Below, in pieces: positions 59,093 to 64,000 of a stretch of 64,000 bases of DNA (within the stretch, counting starts at the first letter, position 1; every line of letters begins with the position of its first letter). The translations under genes and the position numbers were made by a program. Where the stretch lies: assembly GCA_002269645.1 (NCBI GenBank), contig NIVC01001020.1, positions 1 through 64,000 on the forward strand, read 5' to 3'. Below the pieces are notes generated by a model. That model saw nothing but the letters and a program-made list of their open reading frames with translations, ran no database searches and had not been told where the DNA came from. The DNA is from Macrostomum lignano (taxonomy: Eukaryota).

Positions 59093-61429
59093 CATAGGCC
59101 TATTCACTGAAAAATAGCAAGTACCATAGACCTTGCTGTTGTACACTAGGAGATCCTGGTATGGTATACATACATAGGCTATCTTCAAGTTTCGTTCGTT
59201 TAATTCCAACACCTACCCCCACCACCCTTGAATAGAGGGCGAAATAATTCCGGAAATAATTAAATGAACAAAACTTGAAGATTGCCCATACATAGGCCTA
59301 TATTGCCTTTCCAAACTATGGTCTAAAGAATATCTAGGGCCTAATATTATATAACAGGCCTAATTTATGCAAATATACATAATAGGCCTAGTCACAGACT
59401 TGCAGGCTAGTCTTAGATTACTTTTTAAAAACTATTTTACAAGTTAGTTACCCTCTACAAATTAAAATTAAACAAATTATACAACCAAGCTTTAAAAAGA
59501 TAGCCCCAGCCTAGCCTAGGTCTAATAAATGTATGAAAAAGTAGGCCTAGGGCTTAATGTAAGTCTTAGGGCATTGTTTGATATTTAATTTCTATTTTAT
59601 TTTTACATAGGCCTAATATATTAATAGTAATATAATCTATGCCGATATCAATAAAAGAATAGGCCTAAGTAGGCGCCCTAATGAATCTAGATAGAGAAAG
59701 AATGTTCAAACTTGTAATAAGATACTAATTAGGTCATTAATAAACTGATTAGAAACTGAGCAGTTTCTAATAAACTGAGCTCATAATTAACAACTATGAC
59801 TCCACTATTGTGAATTTGGGGGACCAGCTGGACGAAAGAATGAGATAGGCCTAAGCCTTTTTTACTAAAAAATTTTTCACTTTATATCTAGCATTTTGAC
59901 TTAGATTCAAAATATGCCTAAACCTACTTTATTCGAAAATGTTATGATAAACAGAAATAATTTACGGTTGTTTAAAATTATTGTTCATTTTTCAAATTTG
60001 ACGAGTTTACAACACGACATCGATTTTTACAGAGCGCCGGGGCGCAGGGCCGCCGTGTTGTCTTATCAATATCATCGCATCCCAATAAAAAATATTCAAT
60101 AAATGCAATCACTAGAAATTTCGCTGGTCGAACCGTCAATTAAATGAAAAATTGATCCAACATGTCAGAAAGATGCAAGGCCTGGCCTTGTAAAGTTGTA
60201 AATAGAATATAACGAAGGAAATCAGTGGATAGGCTCTAGGCTATAGCCTTAGCCTAGGCCTATAGCTATGTATGGTCTAAAGTGACGTCCAATTGATATG
60301 ATATTTATATTTAAAAGTATCCCATGACAGTCCGCCTATTGTCCTATGTTATGACTTATGAGCATGACGACCAGTATGACCTAAAGTTTTTTAAATAATA
60401 TACATTTTTTAGGTCAAGGCCTAATTTTTGAACAAAATATTAGTTATTTCGTACAAATTTATCACTTACAGTTATTTTTATAAATCTTGCAAAATTTTGA
60501 GTTAAAATTAGTGAGGCAATTCTTTCTTATCCTTCTAGGCCTAATTATCCTTTTCATAGCTAGACAAATTATGCCTTTTTTAAGGACAATAGTCTGATTA
60601 AGTAAGACAACTTTTGTTGAATTAGCTACCTAGGCAAGGCCTATACTATCTTGATATATTAGAAAAAAAGTGGCACCACTGAACATTTGATGTTTTGTTA
60701 CAATTAAATGTTTAGTTAGGGCTAGGCCTAGACTAGACTTATAAGCTTTAAGTTTTTAAAAATTAAGTTAAAACATACAAATAGCATAAAAATAGGCCTA
60801 GGTCATAATCTTAGTAAATTAGGCCTATTAGCAATCTAATGCAGTGCCTCCCTTTGGAGTGTCGAGTGTGTAATAAGCAAAGAGCAAAATTATTCATGGA
60901 AAACAATTAAAAAATCATATTTTCCTAAGAACCAATTTCTTCTTCAGTTTTTTAATCACCTTATCTGAGTAACTTGTAATGTTAATAGACAAATATGTTT
61001 GCTATGAAATATTCTTTTTTATAAGTAACAGAAAGACAATAAAATATAGTTTTTATTTTTACAAAGATAGCCTAATAGACATAACAGACATTCTTATCTA
61101 AATAAAACACATCTCCATAATAGCAAGCATCCTTCTAGATAGCAAGCATCCACTTAGATAGCAAATATCCTATAGATAGCAAGCATTTCCCAGATAGAAA
61201 GCACCCTTCTAAATACAATAATAAGTATCCACACCCCTAAATGCAATGACAAACATCTTCTAGATAGTAAGAAGCCACTGGATAGCAAGTAGTTAATGCA
61301 AATATTTTCTCTGCTAATGCAATAATCACTTTTTAGGTTGTGCAATAATCTATGTCTCTAGGTCTTAATTAGGCCTACTCTATTTCTAAGCTAGTAGAAT
61401 AATCTTTAGTTTATCAAGTATAGTAATCC

Positions 61430-61710
61430 TGGGTTTATCAAGTGCAGTGGTCCTTGGTTTATCAAGTGCAGTAATCCTTGGTTTATCAAGTGCAGTAATC
61501 CTTGGTTTATAAAGTGAAAAAATCCTTGGTTTATTAAATGCAGTGAATCCTTAGTTTATCAAGTGCAGTAATCCTTGGTTTATCAAGTGCAATAATGCTT
61601 GGTTTATCAAGCACAATAATCCTTGGTTTATCAAGTGCAAAATTGCTTGGTTTATCAAGTGCAGTAATCCTTGATTTATCAAGTATAATAATCATTGGCT
61701 TATCAAGTGC
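61430..61710. repeat. 24-bp minisatellite (GGTTTATCAAGTGCAGTAATCCTT)
   Basis: Period 24. Confidence 0.9.
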
Positions 61711-62659
61711 AATTATCTAGATCTTTTTAGTTAGTTCTATAATAAAAGCTTTCAATAAAAAATTGCACTATTTTTAAACTACTAAGATTTAAACCTAGGT
61801 TGCTGCATTAGCAATCTAGTCTTTTTACCTCTAGGCTAGCTCCTATCAAATTTGTAAATGAATTTGTAGCACTTATAATTCAACACTTATACTAAATCAG
61901 GTAGAATAAAAGTCACATGAAGCAATTGTCTTAATCAATTTATTAGGCAAGTCAGTACTAGTCTTTAATAAAGTTTAACAATATAAGTGTAGTTATGCAA
62001 TATAAATCAAGTATTGTGCTATGCTTCCATACTGTGTTTTTTAATACTGTAATACAATTTAATTCAGTGTCAAAATTTAGCTAGTACATGGACAATAAAT
62101 AAAAAGCCTATTGTGATACAGTCTATTTCAAAATAATGATTTAACTAGTCAGTTTTTTCTTTAGCATTCTTACAATGCATTTTAAGTCAAAAGAGCTGCT
62201 TGACCTTTGCAAAAAAGCATGTTTTTTTGAATATTTAATCCCTTTAGCATTGAGCAATTTCTCAGCCACACTGCATGTACTATCATGGAAAATCATAGAA
62301 ACATTTCTAATTGAACAGTGCAAGTTAGAAGAAAATTGGTTGAGACATTTTTTCTCTAATCGATCACATAGATACCTACCTACCAACAAACCATTTTTAG
62401 AAGAAAACCTATAGGCAAAAAAATGCTTCTTGTAGAATGGTCAATAATATATTTTCTAGTTCAACTAGAGAGACATTCAAAATAAACCAAATTCAACTAA
62501 TGTTTTTAAACAATGGTATATAAATTGGCATATAGCAAAAAGTTTTTTCTTTGAATTTTACTATATAGTGAAATAACTTATTTCAATCTATTTCTTTTAA
62601 CTTGTCTTGTCTGAGAATCCTTGTTAGAAATACCACTGCTTTTTTAGACCATGGTTTAA

Positions 62660-63725
62660 ATGTCTGCCTCCTTCCCACTCTGTCAATTGCCCTTTTCCCA
62701 TTGAGTCAACTGGCTCCCTCCCCATTCTGTCAATTGCTTCCTCCCTACTCTGTCAATTACTCTCCTCCGATTCTGTGTCAACTGCATCCTCCCCACTCTT
62801 TGTGAACTGCCCTCCCACTCTGTGTCAACTGCATCCTCCCCACTCTGTGTCAACTGCCCTCCTCCCCACTCTTTGTCAACTGCCCCACTCTGTGTCAACT
62901 GCCCTCCTCTCATTCTGTGTCAACTGGTTCCCTACCCACTTTGTCAACTGCCCTCCCATTCTGTGTCAACTGCCCTCCTCCGCACTCTTTGTCAACTGCC
63001 CTCCTCTCATTCTGTGTCAACTGCTTCCTTCCCCACTTTGTCAACTGCCCTCCCACTCTGTGTCAACTGCCCTCCGCCGCACTCTTTGTCAACTGCCCCC
63101 ACTCTGTGTAAACTGCCCTCCTCTCATTCTGTGTCAACTGGTTCCCTCCCCACTGTCAACTGCCCTCCCACTCTGTGTCAACTGCCCTCCGCCGCACTCT
63201 GTCAACTGCCCCCACTCTGTATAAACTGCCCTCCTCTCATTCTGTGTCAACTGGTTCCCTCCCCACTTTGTCAGCTGCCCTCCCATTCTGTGTCAACTGG
63301 CCCCAATTCTGTGTCAACTGGCCCCCATTCTGTGTCAACTGGCCCCTATTCTGTGTCAACTGGCCCCTATTCTGTATCAACTGGCCCCTATTCTGTATCA
63401 ACTGGCCCCCATTCTGTGTCAACTGGCCCCTATTCTGTATCAACTGGCCCCATTCTGTGTCAACTGGCCCCCATTCTGTGTCAACTGGCCCCTATTCTGT
63501 ATCAACTGGCCCCTATTCTGTATCAACTGGCCCCCATTCTGTGTCAACTGGCCCCCATTCTGTGTCAACTGGCCCCTATTCTGTATCAACTGGCCCCATT
63601 CTGTGTCAACTGGCCCCTATTCTGTATCAACTGGCCCCTATTCTGTATCAACTGGCCCCATTCTGTGTCAACTGACCCCCATTCTGTGTCAACTGACCCC
63701 TATTCTGTATCAACTGGCCCCATTC
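62660..63725. repeat. ~20-21-bp minisatellite (CTGTGTCAACTGGCCCCYATT), degenerate at left and homogeneous at right
   Basis: Recurrent GTCAACTG core; overlapping ORFs are repeat translations. Confidence 0.92.
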
Positions 63726-64000
63726 TGGGTCAACCGCCCCTCCTCATTCGTACATGTATATTATAGCATTTTTGAACTGGGAAGCTTTTACATGGCCAGT
63801 AATGAGGGCAGTTGTAATGAAGGCAGTGCCAAGGGTCAGTCCGCTGTCACGAATGCCTCTCAAATTCATGTCGAATTTTGTCAACACCAGCTGCGGGATT
63901 TTGCACTCGCCGCCAGGTGCGCCCAGTCAGCCTGTGCCACCGGCAGTCGAGTCCGTGGCGGGGTCAATGACCTCCACGCCGTCGGTAACTCCGCAGCAGC

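Noticed and set aside
63790-64000. GC-rich end of the window as an exon (plus-strand MRAVVMKAVP... or minus-strand ...CCGVTDGVEVIDPATDSTAGGTG*)
   Set aside because: Probably coding, but truncated by the window edge; strand and frame cannot be decided.

Overview
Metazoan genomic DNA with GT-AG introns, GC-rich exons and very dense minisatellites. The codon style, short introns and repeat load suggest a free-living flatworm such as Macrostomum (inference only). Genes read from the sequence: two paralogous single-exon genes for a ~940-aa protein made of about six tandem LRAT/HRASLS-type (permuted NlpC/P60) modules, of which only the last keeps the catalytic NCEHF Cys (copy 1 has a 2-bp deletion in that very codon); tRNA-Asn(GTT); a single-exon Cys-loop channel subunit whose M4 helix lies beyond an in-frame TAA; a 6-exon PLD3/PLD4-like gene; a 2-exon candidate SPACA9-like gene; a 2-exon class A GPCR-like gene; a 2-exon secreted LamG-domain gene; a fibrinogen-related gene plus a decayed, MITE-interrupted duplicate; and a 3-exon WDR26. 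Intergenic and intronic space holds over 20 micro/minisatellites, two tRNA-derived SINE families, a Tc1 transposase relic and an inverted dispersed repeat pair. An AT-rich island (~55.2-62.6 kb) is packed with TAGGCCTA octamers and long imperfect palindromes. No CRISPR array or rRNA is present. All exon models and family calls were made by eye, without searches.
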